Origin: Felis catus
Taxonomy: Eukaryota
Length of the DNA: 64,000 nucleotides
Direction of reading: 5' to 3'
NCBI RefSeq assembly: GCF_018350175.1
Contig: NC_058368.1
Coordinates: 2,046,001 to 2,110,000, forward strand
The notes under the pieces were generated by a model. The model saw nothing but the letters and a program-made list of their open reading frames with translations, made no database searches and was not told the DNA's origin. The position numbers and the translations under genes are program-made. Below are positions 37,646 to 51,575 of the stretch, in pieces; positions within the stretch are counted from its first letter, which is position 1; the number at the start of each line of letters is the position of its first letter.

Positions 37646-39685
37646 AAAAGACCTCCCCATCCTCCTCCACGGAGTCTTTCCCGAACCTGGATTGCACACA
37701 TATAACCTCTGCTCTAGGAGGCAGTGGGTGTGTTGTCTGTGGAGCCAACATATCTGGTTATTTGTGAGAGCTTGATCAATTTCTTCAAAACTCTTCAGAG
37801 CCTTGGTTTTCTTATTTAGAAAGCAGGGATTCATTTCTGTCTCACGGTATCGGAAGACCAAACGACACAACGTATGCGGAGCCCCCGGCAGATGCAAGGT
37901 GGTTGTCGAAGAAGTAAATTTTCGATTCAAGGAAAGTTTTTGAAGAGCGAGAGCTTACCAAATCTCAAAAGAGTGAAAAGAACATCCTAGAAGGGAGGAT
38001 AAAGTCAATAATCTTTCTGTGAGTCTTCAGCCTAATGAATCAAATTATTAACATCAAATTTAGGGAGGGAAATGCATTTCTACAGAAGGTAATAGCACCA
38101 TATGCTACCAATTATAGCCCATAGCTGTGCTTTCTTAGGAATCGTGAACAGAACATCTAAAAAAGGCATTTATGATTTTTAAGTAAGGCACAGTTGTGAT
38201 CAACATCCTGTAGATACTAAATTGTTTTTTTTTATATAAAACTATTTAGCCATATTAAACTCTACATGCTGTGCATGCTGAAAAAAAAAAACTAAAAGAA
38301 TTTGGGGACTTTGAATGGAATTTCCCTAACCTTAGGAAGGAATGCCACAAGTCGAACATCATAAATGCCAGCTGTGGAATTAACTCTAAGCCATTTTAAG
38401 GCCTGACAAGTATTTTATTTGGCAAGAGTAGAGCAATGTGTTATGGTGGATCTCTGAAACTCAGGGTTCTGATGCGTGGATAACCCTAGTTTTCCTTGAG
38501 TGCTGCTATTCAGAGAGAAGAAGCATGATTTACAGGTTAGACTGGAAACATAAAGAAGATGACTTTAAACTTGTTGATATCCCAAAGTCTTACGTCCCCA
38601 TTTCACCTTTTTTGAAGGTTTGTTTTTACGTTCATCACAAAATTCCCTGAATTGATGAAAATCAACCCCGATCCTTTAATAAGCATGCACACACACACAC
38701 ACACACACACACACAGTGGCCCCCATCTCAGCTGGAAACAAGAGGTCAGACAGGCTGCTCCCCACCGCCTGTTCCGTGAGGCAACACCCTGTTGGGTCAG
38801 TTCACACGCCCAACAGAATGTGTCACTGAAAAACTCTCTGAATGTCAGGAAATTGAGACTATGGGTACAGAGAGATGGTCAAATGATTTCAATTCCTTCC
38901 TTGAGAGAAGCAATTCCTGACACCATGAGGAATGCTCGGAGGAATTTGCTCTCTCACTTGCAGGAAATCGTTCTCCTATCTAGTGGGCATTATCACAAAC
39001 ACCAAATGGGCTGACAGAGGACAAACGTCAGTACACGAGGGGCTCAGCCCTGAAAATTCCCCGGCGGTGCTGGGCGTTAGTTGGTGATGCAGTCATTACA
39101 CGCAAGTTCCACGAAACAAGCACAGCTGGCAAGACTGGGGTTTCATTTGTGCGAAAAGCAAGTACTCGTCTGCTCAGCTGCAAATGAATTTCATAGTTAC
39201 GGCTGCCTTCATTGCTCCGCTGCTGAATGCGAGCCACAAATCAGGGCAGTGAACGTTCCAATATTCTTTCAAATGCCCAGGACACCATAATAGTGTAGTG
39301 CTGAGTTTCTGGAGGTGTGCTACTCAGTAAGGTTAGATAGGACTGGATGTCAGCCAATAGCATCCATTGAGCACTTTTGTGCCAGGAACCGCGAAGAGAA
39401 GGAACAGGAAAGACGGATGGAGGGAGCCCCACAGACAAGAGGAATAATGACTGGCATGTTTTTCATGGAGCAACAGAACAGTAAGAAGTTCAACGTAATA
39501 TACTAACAAAGCAAGGGCTAGAGTGCTCCCAGGGTGTCAAGCCGAAATCCAGGGCTCGGTTGGAATCCAAAGTTCAGACGAGTGCAGCGATGAAAAACAA
39601 CAAATGAAGTAGAGAAGGGACAGCTCTGGGGGCGGGGGGCAAACTGTGTGGTCTAAACACAGGTCTGTGGGCCGGGAAACATAAT

Positions 39686-39887
39686 TATTTTTAAGTTTAT
39701 TTATTTATTTTGAGAGAGAACGAGTGAGGGAAGGGCAGAGAGAAAGAGGGAGAGAGAAAATCTCAAGCAGGCTCCGCACTACCAGCACAGAGCCTGATGT
39801 GGGGCTTGAACTCACGATCTGTGAGATCGTGACTGGAGCCGAAATCAGAGTCAGATGCTTAACCGACTGAGCCACCCCGGCGCCCCC
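39686..39887 (-). mobile_element. CAN-SINE
   Basis: Reverse consensus ending CTGAGCCACCCCGGCGCCCC. Confidence 0.92.
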
Positions 39888-40759
39888 GTTTTTAAACGGT
39901 GCCCAGGAATTAGGCTCAGAGAGCTATCATTTCACCTTCAAAATCTAGAAGGCAGAATTAAATATATTTTCTTATTTTATTTAAAAAATAAGACTATCTA
40001 CTTCTACTGAACTGCTAAATTATTCTCATGTAAAAATTGGCTTGTGTGACTGTACACAGTTAACTGACATTTGGTTTGAAGACCGTTTATTCTTAAACTT
40101 CTGGCACTTGGTAGTGATAAGACGAAAACGTATAAACAAGTGGAATACTAATGTAAAAACTTGGGTTCGATCATGTATGCTTGGCCTCACAGACCTTCTT
40201 TTTGAGGAAGTGGCCTGAGTGGGAAGCAACCAAAATATTCACCAAGTCAACGTATAAACGACCTGCAAAATCACAGGTTTTCGTGAAAGTCAAGGCGCAT
40301 CCTTCATCATAGCTTCTCGAAAACAGACCTGAGTTTGGCAAAGCACCAAGGTGGCGGAAACCCGGAGGGTTTCTGGGGTCAGGTTCATTTGTAATTCACA
40401 GACTGCGCTGGAAACCCTCAACCAATATTGTCTATAGGGATAGCCTGGGGAATTTGTTAAAAAAGTGGACTTCTTACTCGCTTACCCCAGAGATTCTGAG
40501 TCCAAAAGTCAGTCCAAAGTGACAACTCTAGGCATGTTCATTTTGGTTTTTATAACCAAAAATTTTTAAGTATTTACAAAAATAAAGGGATTAGTATAAT
40601 GAGCCCCATGTACCCATCACTCAGCTTCAACACATGGCATATCTTGTTTATCTTCTTGTATCCTCCCCCATATTGTTCTGAAGCAAATCTCAGACATCAT
40701 TTTTTCTGTAAATTTTTCAATATCTTTAAAAGATAAGGACACTTTTTAGAAAAACCGTA

Positions 40760-41872
40760 AAAGGCATCTGAATCAGAAAGGAGAAATAAAATTATCTCCA
40801 TGTACAGGTGACATGATCATGAATAAATATATATATTTATACATATATATATACACCCTAAAAATACATATGAATAAAACTATTAGACCTAATAAATTAG
40901 TTCAGCAAAGTAAAAGGGTACAAGAGAAATATAAAAAAAATCAATTTTATTTCTGTACACTAGCAATGAACAATCTGAGAATGAAATTTAAAAAATCTAT
41001 GATAGAAATCAAAAAGAAAAAAATATTTAGGAATAAATTTAACCAAGAAGCACAAGGCTTTTATACTGAAAACTACAAAATATTGGTGAAAGAAATGAAA
41101 GAAGACCTAAATAAATGGAAATATGTCCGTGTTCATGGATTGGACAATTTCATACTGTTAAAACTGACTACAGATTTAATATAATACTGATCAAAACTCC
41201 AAATGTCTTTTTCACGGATATGGACAAGCTAACCCTAAATTTCAATGGACCAGAATAGATAAAACAATCTCTTGGGGTGCCTGGGTGGCTCAGTTGGTTA
41301 AGTGTCCAACCTCGGTTTAAGTCTTGATCTCAGGGTCATGCATTCAAGCCCTGCATTGGGCTCTGCACTGAGTGTGGGTCCTACCTAAATAAAAAATCTT
41401 GGGGGTGCCCGGATGGCTCAGTCGGGTAAGCATCTGACTCTTGATTTTGGCTCAGGTTATGATCTCCCGGTTCATGGGATCATGCCCTGTGTGGGGTTCT
41501 GTGCCGACAGCATGAAGCCTCCTTGGGATTTTCTCTCTCTCTGCCCCTCTCCTTCTCTCTCTCTCTCTCAAAAATAAACAAACTTTAAAAAAAAATCTTG
41601 AAAAAAAAAAGTTGGAGGACTCAACACTTCCCAATTTCAAAACCTACCACAAAGCTACAGTAATCAAGGAAGTATGATACTGACATAAACATAGCCATGT
41701 GAATCAATAGAACTGATTTAAAATTCCAGAAACAGGTGCACCTGAGTGGCTCAGTTGGTTGAACGTGTGACTTCGGCTCAGGTCATGATTTCGCAGTTTG
41801 TGAGTTTAAAGCCTGCATCGGGCTCTGTGCTGACAGCTTGGAGCTTGGAGCCTGGAACCTGCTTCGAATTCT

Positions 41873-41911
<39 letters not shown>

Positions 41912-43925
41912 TCCCTCCCCCACTCGCACTCCATCTCTCTCTCTCTCTTTCTCAAAAATAAACATTAAAAAATAATAATAATAATAATAAAAATAATTTA
42001 AAAAATCATTACTAGTCCCTTAATAAAATAAAATAAAATAAAATAGGGGCACCTGGGTGGTTAAGCGTCTGACCTCGGCTCAGGTCATGATCTCACAGTT
42101 CGTGAGTTCAAGCCCCACCTCTGGCTCTGTGCTGATGGCTCAGAGCCTGGCCTACTCTGGATTCTGTGTCTCCCTCTCTCTCTGCCCCTCCCCCGCTCAC
42201 ACTCCATGTCTCTCTCTCTCTCTCTCAAAAGCAAACATTAAAAAAATTTAAAAAATCTTACTTCTTCCTTACATAAACTGTAAATAACTAGGATCATTTC
42301 CACAACAGAGAAAGGAAATACACATGAATTATATATCACACACACACACACAAAATAAAATAAAATAAATAAAATAAAATAAAATTCCAGAAACAAACCC
42401 ATACTTTTATGGTCAATTGATTTTTGTTAAGGGAGTTCAGATAATTCAATAGACAAAAATAGTCTTTTCAACTGTGCTGGGACAACTGGATAGCCACAGG
42501 CAAATCCCTACCTCACACATTCACAAAAATTAACTCAAAATGGATCAAAGACCTAAATGTAAAAGTTAAAATGATAAAACTCTGAGAAGAAAACATAGGG
42601 GTAAAGCTTCATCACCTTGGATTTGGTAACCTTTCCTAGATACGACACCAAAAGCACAACCAGCAAAAGGAGAGAATAGATAAATTGGACTTTATCAAAA
42701 TTAAAAGCTTTTGTATATCAAAGAATAGTACCAAGAAAGTGAAAAGACAACTCACAGAATGAAAGAAAATATTCATAAATCATATACCTACTAAAAGGAT
42801 TGGGGCACCTGGGTGGCTCAGTCAGTTGAGCATCCAACTTCAGCTCGAGTCATGATCTCACAGTTCGTGGGTTTGAGCCCCACATTGGGCTCTCTGCTCT
42901 CAGCATGGAACCTTCTTCAGATTCTGTCTCCTTCTCTTTCTGTCCCTCCCCTACTAGTGTGTTGTCTCTCAAAAATAAATAAACATAAAAAAAAGAAGTT
43001 TCTCTTAATAAAAAAATCTACTGAAAGAATTATATATCCAATAATATATCTAGAATATATAAAAAACTCTTATAACTCAACAATAAAGAGACAAATAAAA
43101 CACAAGAAAGGGACCCAAAGAGACATGTCTCCCCAAAATATATACAAATAGCCAGGAAGCGCATGAAAAGATGCTCGACATCCTTAGTCATTAGGGAAAC
43201 GTAAATCAAAATCATAATGAGATATTAATTCCCAGTTACTAGAAGGACCATAATAAGAAAAGACATATAAGCGTTCGTTAGGATATGGAGAAATTGGAGT
43301 CCTCGTCCACTGTTGGTGAAAACGAAGAAGGTACAGTCACTGTGGAAAGCAGTTTGACAGTTCTATGAAGTGTGAAACCTTGAGTCACCATGGCCCAGCA
43401 ACCCCCCCCCCCCCGATATCTACCTAGAGGAGTGGAAGCAATGTTGATACAAAAACTTGTACACAAATGTTCATAGCAGCAGTATTCGTAATAGCCAAAA
43501 AGTGGAAACAAGCCAAATGTCCATCAACTTAGGAATGGATAAACCATATGTGATCATCCAGTCAATGGAATGTTACTTGACCATAAAAAGGAATGAATGA
43601 AGTTGATACATGTTACTATGTAGATAAGCCTCCAAAGCCTACGAGTGGAATAAGCCAGTCTCCAAAGTCTGTATATGTGATTGTATACGTGAACATTATG
43701 AAATGTCCATAAGAGGCAAACCATTTGTCAGGACACAAGAGGAAGAAGGGAAGGGGGAGTGACAGCCTAATGAGTTTGGGTTTCTTTCTGGGTTGACGAA
43801 AGCACTCTGGAATTCGATAGTGGTGATGTTTGCACGACCTTGTGAAATGCTAAGGCCCTGAATTATTATACCCTATAAAATGATGAATTTTGTTATGTGT
43901 GAATTATACCTCAATTAAAAGAAAA
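40760..43925 (+). mobile_element. Old L1 (L1MB-like) ORF2 3' half and 3'UTR, carrying five same-strand SINE insertions (~41273, 41401, 41735, 42046, 42802)
   Basis: Decayed ORF2 peptides (YTENYKILVKEMKEDLNKWK), L1 3' motifs and terminal GAATTATACCTCAATTAAAA. Confidence 0.88.
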
Positions 43926-43964
43926 CACAACCATGATATGATTTTCCCACCTAAGAAGTTAAAA

Positions 43965-44352
43965 CCTCCGATTTTGTTTTTCTTTTTCAAGGTTGCTTTG
44001 CAATCCGGGGTCTTTTGTGGTTCCATACAAATTTTAGTATTATTTGTTCTAGTTCTGTGTGAAATGCTGTTGGTACTTTGACAGAGATTGTGCTAAATCT
44101 ATACATTGCTTTGGGTGGTGTGAACATATACAGACCCATACTTGATCTCCTGATCCGTGAGCATGGGATATCTTTCCATTTGTTCATGTCATCTTGAATT
44201 TCTTTCACCTGCATTTTATAGTTTTGAGAGTACAGGTCTTTCACCTCCTTGGTTAGGTTTATTCTTAGGTACGTTAGTATTTTTGGTGCAGTTGTAAATG
44301 GGATTGTTTTCTTAATTTCTCTTTCTGCTGCTTCATTGCTAGTATATGGAAG
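43965..44352 (-). mobile_element. L1 ORF2 internal fragment
   Basis: ORF 43987..44535 includes [34 protein letters not shown]...[14 protein letters not shown]. Confidence 0.9.
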
Positions 44353-46523
44353 GAGGTCATTGCATTTTAAAACTGAAGTTTCTTGGCTCAAATAGCTCTT
44401 CTGCTGATGGGAAGTGTGGGCAGGTATTTTGAGGCCCAGGAGCCCTGCTTCCATTTCCCGAGCCTGCATTACAAGAAGAGGAGTCAGAGCCTCGGTTTTC
44501 CTGAACGATGACAACTTCCCCCCACGTCGGACCACTCCTGAGCAGAGGTGTCCCTACGGTTCGTAAAGCTCCTTCAGGATCCGTGATCATCGCTGATTTC
44601 TACCTGCCCTATGTAATAAAGTACATTGATTATAAAAAGCATCTTAGCCAATCAATCTTCGCTAAAACAGCTAAACAGCAAAATGATTCAAGTCAACAGT
44701 CCCTTTCACCATGTACGTCCATGGACACTGCACTGATGTTGCTGAATTAAGCTTGCTTCCCACTCAAACGAAATATGAAGGTCAGGAAAGCAAGGTGCAG
44801 TGGGTGAAATCAATGAGGCCGGGAAGAAACCTTCCACCTCTACAAAAATCGTTCCAAGAAATCGTGAACATGGACTAAAAGTTATACAGGACACCCTTTC
44901 CTAAAATCCACTGTAGGCTCAGGACATATGGGCAATGGCAGCCAGCTGGCAGAAAGAGCTCAGACGGCTTAAGGAATCAGGGAGTACAACAGGATTGCTT
45001 TTAAGATGGAAACTGCGATTTCTTCTTTGATCACCTGTGTTTTCTGACTTTTCTCTCGGGAGCAGATGTTGCTTCTGTGATCAGAGAACAACAGCAATAA
45101 ACTCCTGTTTGGAAAAACCGAAAAGGGTGTGCCAAAGGAGCCGAGGGTTCGGGCTGGGCAGGGGGTGGGCGGGCGGGGGCAGCCACGTCCAGGTCCCAGA
45201 GCCTGGCGACCTCTTCATCCTCTGCCCTCTTACTGTGTTCGGGGAGTTGAGGTGGCCGAAGAAGGTTGGGAAGCTGGAAAGCCACTCGAGTGGGACCTTC
45301 CGTGTTCAATGGTCAGCATCATGGCTGTGAGTTTTAGAGACACTGCTGCCGGGCCTTGCCCCCAGGGGCCCTGCTTCAGTGGGTCTGGGGTGTAGCCTGG
45401 ACATTATTTGGAAACTCCTGAGGTGAGCATTATTGTTTCACGGGGGCAGAGTCTCTGTTCGGGCAGGTGAAAAAGTTCCTGCGATGGGCAGTGATTGTGG
45501 TACATTGTCAATGTTCTCAATGCTACTGAACTGCGCCTCTAAAAGTCGTGAGCTGGTAAAGGTTAGGTCATCTGTATTTTACCACAATAGACACCCCTCC
45601 CCCACCTCCCGTGATCACTCCCTGCAGCCGCGTGGGGCCCAGGGTTGAGAATTGGCGCTCACCATGTCGAGCTCCAGGTAAATTCCTCCCGGTACGTTTC
45701 TCGTCGGATCCTCAGAGTAACTCTACTGGCAGCTACTCTGACCAACTCCATTCCGCAGGGAGGAGAAGGAGGCTCGGAGGCTTTAACTGGTCCAAAGTCT
45801 CACAGTAAGTGGCTAAACCGGGTTTCCCATCCATATCTAAATTCATTTTCAGAATTTACTAAGTGGACAATTTCATCGCCATTAACACTAACCAGAGGGT
45901 GTCAATCAGCAGGCACCTTTTATTCCAAGTGACTTTAATGAAGCGAACAGGGACCTTTCTCTCCTCCTCTCCCCCTCCCCCTCCCCCTCCTCCTCTTTTT
46001 TTATTAAAAACACTGTGTTCATCCTGAGCTTGGAACAGCTTCTACTTGAGTTTTACAGCCGGCAGAGCAGAAGCCGTTCATCATAAGTTTCTGTACAGTG
46101 GGCCAAGGTTGAGCTTCACTGAAAACTATGCAATACATTTGCAATAAATCCACTTTTGTTTTGGTGCCACTGAAAATACCGAAGCTCACATCAAAAGCGA
46201 GGAATTCGAAGATTATTATTTTTACTAGCAAAGGCTGTCACCGTAACAACGGATCACTAGCAAATCACCAGGCCCAGATGGGAGGACCATGGAAGGAAGG
46301 AACAGAAAAGAACTGAGGCGGGTGCCTCCTCTGCTGGTCTGGTTTCTTAGGCAAGTGTTGTTTTCCATCAGCCTGCACTTTGCTATCTTCCTCCTTCCAG
46401 CTCCCTGGGATTCTGAGTAATTGTTGAATCTGGCTGGCAGGGCCCGGGGTTGGGGGACGTTCCAATGCTTGCATGTTTCAGAAATAAGTCTCAGTGGAAC
46501 AGCTATCTCTCAGTCTGGCTAAA

Positions 46524-47030
46524 CAGGGTGTTTGAATCTCTCTCTTTTTTGGCGGGGGGGGGGATGAACCTCTTTAACCATCTGGGGAAGCCTGAGGACC
46601 CCTTCTCAGAAATTTTCTAATGTGTGAAATAAACTACACATAATGACAAAGGAAACCAATTTTGTTGAAATACAAGTATCAAATAGTTTAAAAAGTCTGA
46701 TGACTTAGTCATATATGTGTTTCTTCACTCATGCGTTAAGATCAGATCTAACAACTTCCATCGTTCAAAAGTAGTAATGACCATAAGTGGTATTTCAAGA
46801 ATAACTACACTTGCCATGTGATAGGAAGATTCTAGTATTTCTACTGGAGACAAAGTCACAGGTTCTGTTCATACTACTGAGAATGTTGTCTACATTCATA
46901 AAGGAAGGAAATGCTAAATTTCAGTTAGAAGAGAAAATAAAGATGTAATTTGTCCTTATCTGGGTTCACAAACCCCTTAGCTCTATCCACAGACTTTTTG
47001 GGACCTCTGTACCTCAGGTTAAGAACGCTG
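46524..47030. mobile_element. hAT-Charlie MITE (MER119-like)
   Basis: Degenerate terminal inverted repeats CAGGGTGTTTGAATCT ... AGGTTAAGAACGCTG with an AT-rich interior. Confidence 0.6.
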
Positions 47031-48049
47031 GATTAGTCTCGCCTACAGAAAGCATCCCCCATATGAAGCCTTCAAAGGCTTAACACAGCATTCAATGTTA
47101 GCCGTGATCGCAATATGCATCCCAATATACATCACATTTCCTGTTAATGAACCTAACCAGGAACCCTAGAAGGTGTACTTTTCTGCAATGAATACTTAAA
47201 AAGGAAATTTTAAAGTACTGATGGTAAACAGCTAAACCTCAGGTAAGGCGACTACGTGAATGTTCCTGAACCACGTGGATACCAAATAATCTGTCCCCTA
47301 GGTGTTATAACTGACCGGAGTTCATTTGATCCCACGCAACTTCTCGGTTCATTTTCATGGGTGATGATAGCTGACAGAAAGTTTTGAAGTGGTCAGGGTT
47401 AGGTACCCTCCCACATCTCACCATTGGGTTATAATGAAAGCAAATCTCCGACCAAAATCAGATACAAACAGGTATTTATTAGACAGACGTTTATTAGCAA
47501 AGCAAGCACAAGACAGTTCACACAACCGGTTCTGGAAGATCCAAGAAGTTCCAACTCTCGGTCCTTCAGTTGCTCTGCCCAAACCTTCAACATGGCAGAC
47601 GCAGCGTTCCCGAGGTGCAAAAGCTGGACCCCCAACTAAAAGGCCATCAGACCCCAGGCCCGACCTTAAGGGTGCAGGCTGCAGGCCTCCAAATTCTTAT
47701 AACTTGCTCTTACGAGGGTAGAGTCCAAACTGTTTTAACCAACGCCTACTTGATTAGCCTTAAGGTCACCCATGGGAGCCCATTATTGGCATTTATCATT
47801 CTAAAAAACAAGATACTGTCTTACCAATAAAAACCCATTTTTGATAGCCAGTATGCTTCTCAGAAAGGCCTGGGCTGCTGATGGAGACATAGGTGCGGGG
47901 GGACTGGCAGTAGCCGCCTGTGAAAGCCACCCGTGTAATGCTACTGACCACTCCTGGATTTCCATTCCTCTCTCTGTCTCAACCTTCTATTACGAAAGAC
48001 TTTAAACTTACAGAAAAACTGAAGGAATTGTACAGTGATCCCTATCTAT

Positions 48050-48235
48050 GTCAATAATTCTCACATTTGAGCATACAGCAGAATCACCTCGAAGACTTGT
48101 TCAAACACACATGGCTGGGCCTCACTCCCATAGTTTCTGATTCGGTGGGTCTGGCCTAAAAACGTGCACCTTCTAACAAGTTTCTAGGTGATGCTGATAA
48201 TGCCAGTTCCTGCACGTCACTTTGAGAACTACAGA
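48050..48235. mobile_element. MER5A-like DNA transposon remnant
   Basis: CAGAATCACCT...GCTGGGCCTCACTCC...TTCTAACAAGTTTCTAGGTGATGCTGAT...CACTTTGAGAAC. Confidence 0.75.
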
Positions 48236-48429
48236 CCCTGGTGCTACCGTGAACACGCCGAGATATTTGTGGCCACACGTCTATCCACTTACCTGTCTAT
48301 CCATCCATCCAATTTTCTGATCCATTTCCAAGTAAGTTGCAGGCATCAGTACATTATCCCTAAATTCTTGAACATGCACATCAACTACCTCCAGTACTTG
48401 CACATGGAGTTTTTCCAAAGGAATCTCCA

Positions 48430-48631
48430 GGGGCGCCTGGGTGGCTCAGTCGGCTGAGCGGCCGACTTGGGCTCAGGTCATGATCTCGCGGTCCGTGAGT
48501 TCGAGCCCCGCGTCGGGCTCTGTGCTGACAGCTCAGAGCCTGGAGCCTGTTTCAGATTCTGTGTCTCCCTCTCTCTGACCCTCCCCCGTTCATGCTCTGC
48601 GTCCCTCTCTGTCTCAAAAATAAATAAACGT
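48430..48631 (+). mobile_element. Young CAN-SINE nested in an older antisense SINE (~48410-48718)
   Basis: Perfect 14-bp TSD CAAAGGAATCTCCA (48416-48429, 48632-48645); the host SINE head resumes in reverse at 48646-48718. Confidence 0.92.
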
Positions 48632-49242
48632 CAAAGGAATCTCCAATGTGGGGCTTGAACTCACAACCTTGAGATCAAGAGTCGCATGCTCCACCAGGTG
48701 AGGCAGCCGGGCTCCCCGTCATGGATTTCTTTTTTTCAAGTAACATTTACATATGGTGAAATTTGGACCGCGCGGTCTCCTTTTTCCTCAAGTTTATTGA
48801 AATATAATTTACATATGGTAAAATTCATTCTTTATAGTATATAGTTCTATGAGTTTGGCAGATATCTATAGTTAGGCACCACGATCAAGATACAGAACAT
48901 TTTCTCTGATATAAAATGTTTCTTCAAGCTCCTATACAAAATGTTTTCCTGTATAAAACGTTCAAGCCCCTTGTAGGAAACACCTCCAACCCTTGGCCAG
49001 CGCTGATCGGTTTTCTACTCTGATAGTTTCGCCTTTTCCGGAATGTCATGGCAACAGAATCACAAAGCATGAGACCTTTTCTGTCTGGCTTTCACTTAGC
49101 ATACTACATTGGAGATTCAACCACGTTATTAGTAATTCCTTTTATTGCCGAGCAGTGTTTTACTGCTGACAGTAAAGCTGTTGGCCGGACAGTCTTAAAA
49201 TTCAATTGGAGGCTGATCAGCACATATGATTGCACTGAAGTA

Positions 49243-49470
49243 TTTTTTTTTTTATTAAAAAAATTTTTTTTAACGTTAATTTATTTTTGAGACAGAGAGA
49301 GACAGAGCATGAACGGGGGAGGGTCAGAGAGGGAGACACAGGATCTGAAACAGGCTCCAGGCTCTGAGCTGTCAGCACAGAGCCCGACGCGGGGCTTGAA
49401 CTCATGTGCTGTGAGATCATGACCTGAGCCAAAGTCAGACGCTTAACCGACTGAGCCATCCAGATGCCCC
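49243..49470 (-). mobile_element. CAN-SINE
   Basis: Full-length reverse copy. Confidence 0.93.
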
Positions 49471-49669
49471 TATACTAAAATTCTGACTAGCTACATTTTA
49501 AATGTTCAAAAGCCACATGTGGCTAGTGGCTACCATATCAGACATTATAGGTGCAGAAGTAACCAGTAGCCAGGACCCCCGTGGCTAAGAGGAAAAGTTG
49601 AGTTGTGGATAATAATAATAGTAATAATCACAATAATAACATTTTAGAGCAGGTTTTGGTTTGCAGAGG

Positions 49670-49825
49670 CTTCCCAGACATTATCTCATACGGTCCTGGT
49701 AGCAACCCTGTGAGATAATTATTTTCAGCAGCATCATTTTGCAATGAGAAAATTAAGGCTCTGAGAGGCGAAAGTGGCTTGCCCAACAGTGCTCAGTGGG
49801 TAGGTGACACAGCTTGGCTTCTCTC
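49670..49825 (-). mobile_element. MIR fragment
   Basis: CAACCCTGTGAG...GAGAAAATTAAGGCTCTGAGAGG...GTGGCTTGCCCAA. Confidence 0.7.
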
Positions 49826-50030
49826 CCCAAGGCGTCTTATCCTCACACAACCTCCCCTAAGCAGACCCTACAATCTAGGTGTCACTAAAGAACATGAAAG
49901 CAAGTGAAGTTACTTCCCCAATCATTCTAGGGAATGATTCCCCAAGAAGAGATGTTCACCTTAAAATGAGGAAAGGCCAGGAGCTCTCAAAGTTCAATGC
50001 TCATAAGAATTTCCTAGATGAGCTTACTTT

Positions 50031-50245
50031 ATTATTATTATTTTTTAATGTTTAATTATTTTTGAGAGGGACAGAGAGAGAGCAGGGGAGGGACAGAGAG
50101 AGAGGGAGACACAGAATCCAAAGCAGGGTCCGGGCTCTGAGCTGTCAGCACAGAGCCCGACGCGGGGCTCGAACCCACAGACCGCGAGATCATGACCTGA
50201 GCCGAAGTCGGAGGCTTAACCAACTGAGCCACCCAGGTGTCCCAC
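50031..50245 (-). mobile_element. CAN-SINE
   Basis: Perfect 15-bp TSD AGATGAGCTTACTTT (50016-50030, 50246-50260). Confidence 0.95.
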
Positions 50246-50951
50246 AGATGAGCTTACTTTAAGTGAAGATTCCTGGTCCCCAAACGTTGACATTCTTATT
50301 CAGTAAGGCAAGAATCTGCATTTTTATCAATAGCCCCAGGATCCTGATAGAGGTGGTTCATGGCCCACGAGTTTCCATACGTGGCCTGCAAGAATGTGCA
50401 GGACCTTGAAATGAGAGTCCTGCTTAAGGATTGAAATTCGTTTCAGAAAGTTGCTTGACTTCAGGCAACTCAAGAGTCCCAGGACGGGGGGACCACCGGG
50501 GTTCACAAAGTGGAATACTGAGGTTGTGAAGCATGCTCTACAAGATTTAACGACATGTTAAGATATTCGTTATATGTTGTATAAAAAAGGTTACTGGATT
50601 TGTGCACTTTTCTGTAGGATGTTATACATTGATGAAGGTTTTATAAAAAGGAGATTATTAAATAAATGTTACAGTGTCAATGCCTTATCTGCATATAGTT
50701 ATTTCTTTACATTTATACTTATATTTGTATGTGTGTTCACATAAAATGAATGAATAACACCAAAATATTCACACTTATCACTGCCTGACATGTTTATGAA
50801 TAATTCTTAAATTTTCTTCTTTCATCTTGATTTTTTTCCTGAACTGTGTGCAATAAACATGTGCTGTGTTGATAAAAAATAATGAAAAATTTAAGGCAAT
50901 AAATCATAAAAGAGAGGTCTTGAAAGATAAGACCAGTTAGTAGTCACTTTA

Positions 50952-50974
50952 TTCTTTCTTTCTGAATGTTTATT

Positions 50975-51022
<48 letters not shown>

Positions 51023-51184
51023 CCTGCACCAGTGGGGTTGGGGCAGAGAGAGGGGGACATAAGATCCAAAGCGGGCTCCGCACTGACAGCAGAGGGCCCG
51101 ACGCGGGGCTCAAACTCAGGAACCACGAGATCGTGACCTGAGCCAAAGTCGAACGCTCCACCGACCGAGCCACCCAGGCGCCCC
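50952..51184 (-). mobile_element. CAN-SINE with (GA)n expansion
   Basis: Reverse head GAGCCACCCAGGCGCCCC. Confidence 0.92.
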
Positions 51185-51575
51185 AGTAGTTACTTCATTA
51201 TATAAATGAGGTCTTAGGAAAAGATTACATTTGGCAGCTTTTAAAAAATTTCCATGTTTTCTCATTTGGGGTATAAATGGATACCGTTCATGCTCCATAG
51301 ACTTGCATAATCGCCACAAAATTGAAAGCCTTAGCTGTCAGGTCCTTTTCTAGGCTGAGAGCTCCTTAAAGGAGTTGCTGAACATTGTCAGTGACGGGAT
51401 GCACTTTGTTTGCATCTCGAGGCCACTTTACCCGTGATGAAGGCCGTGTATGGCGGGCCACAGGGACCCGAGCAGGGGTGGGGAACCCCTCCGGTTTATC
51501 CGACATCAAAGCCCGGGGGTGCACCGCAGGGCTCCAGGCAGATCTGGCATAAAGAGGTGGTATAAAAGAACGGTT

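Noticed and set aside
43121..43130. p53 half-site AGACATGTCT
   Set aside because: A single half-site inside an old L1 with no adjacent second decamer.
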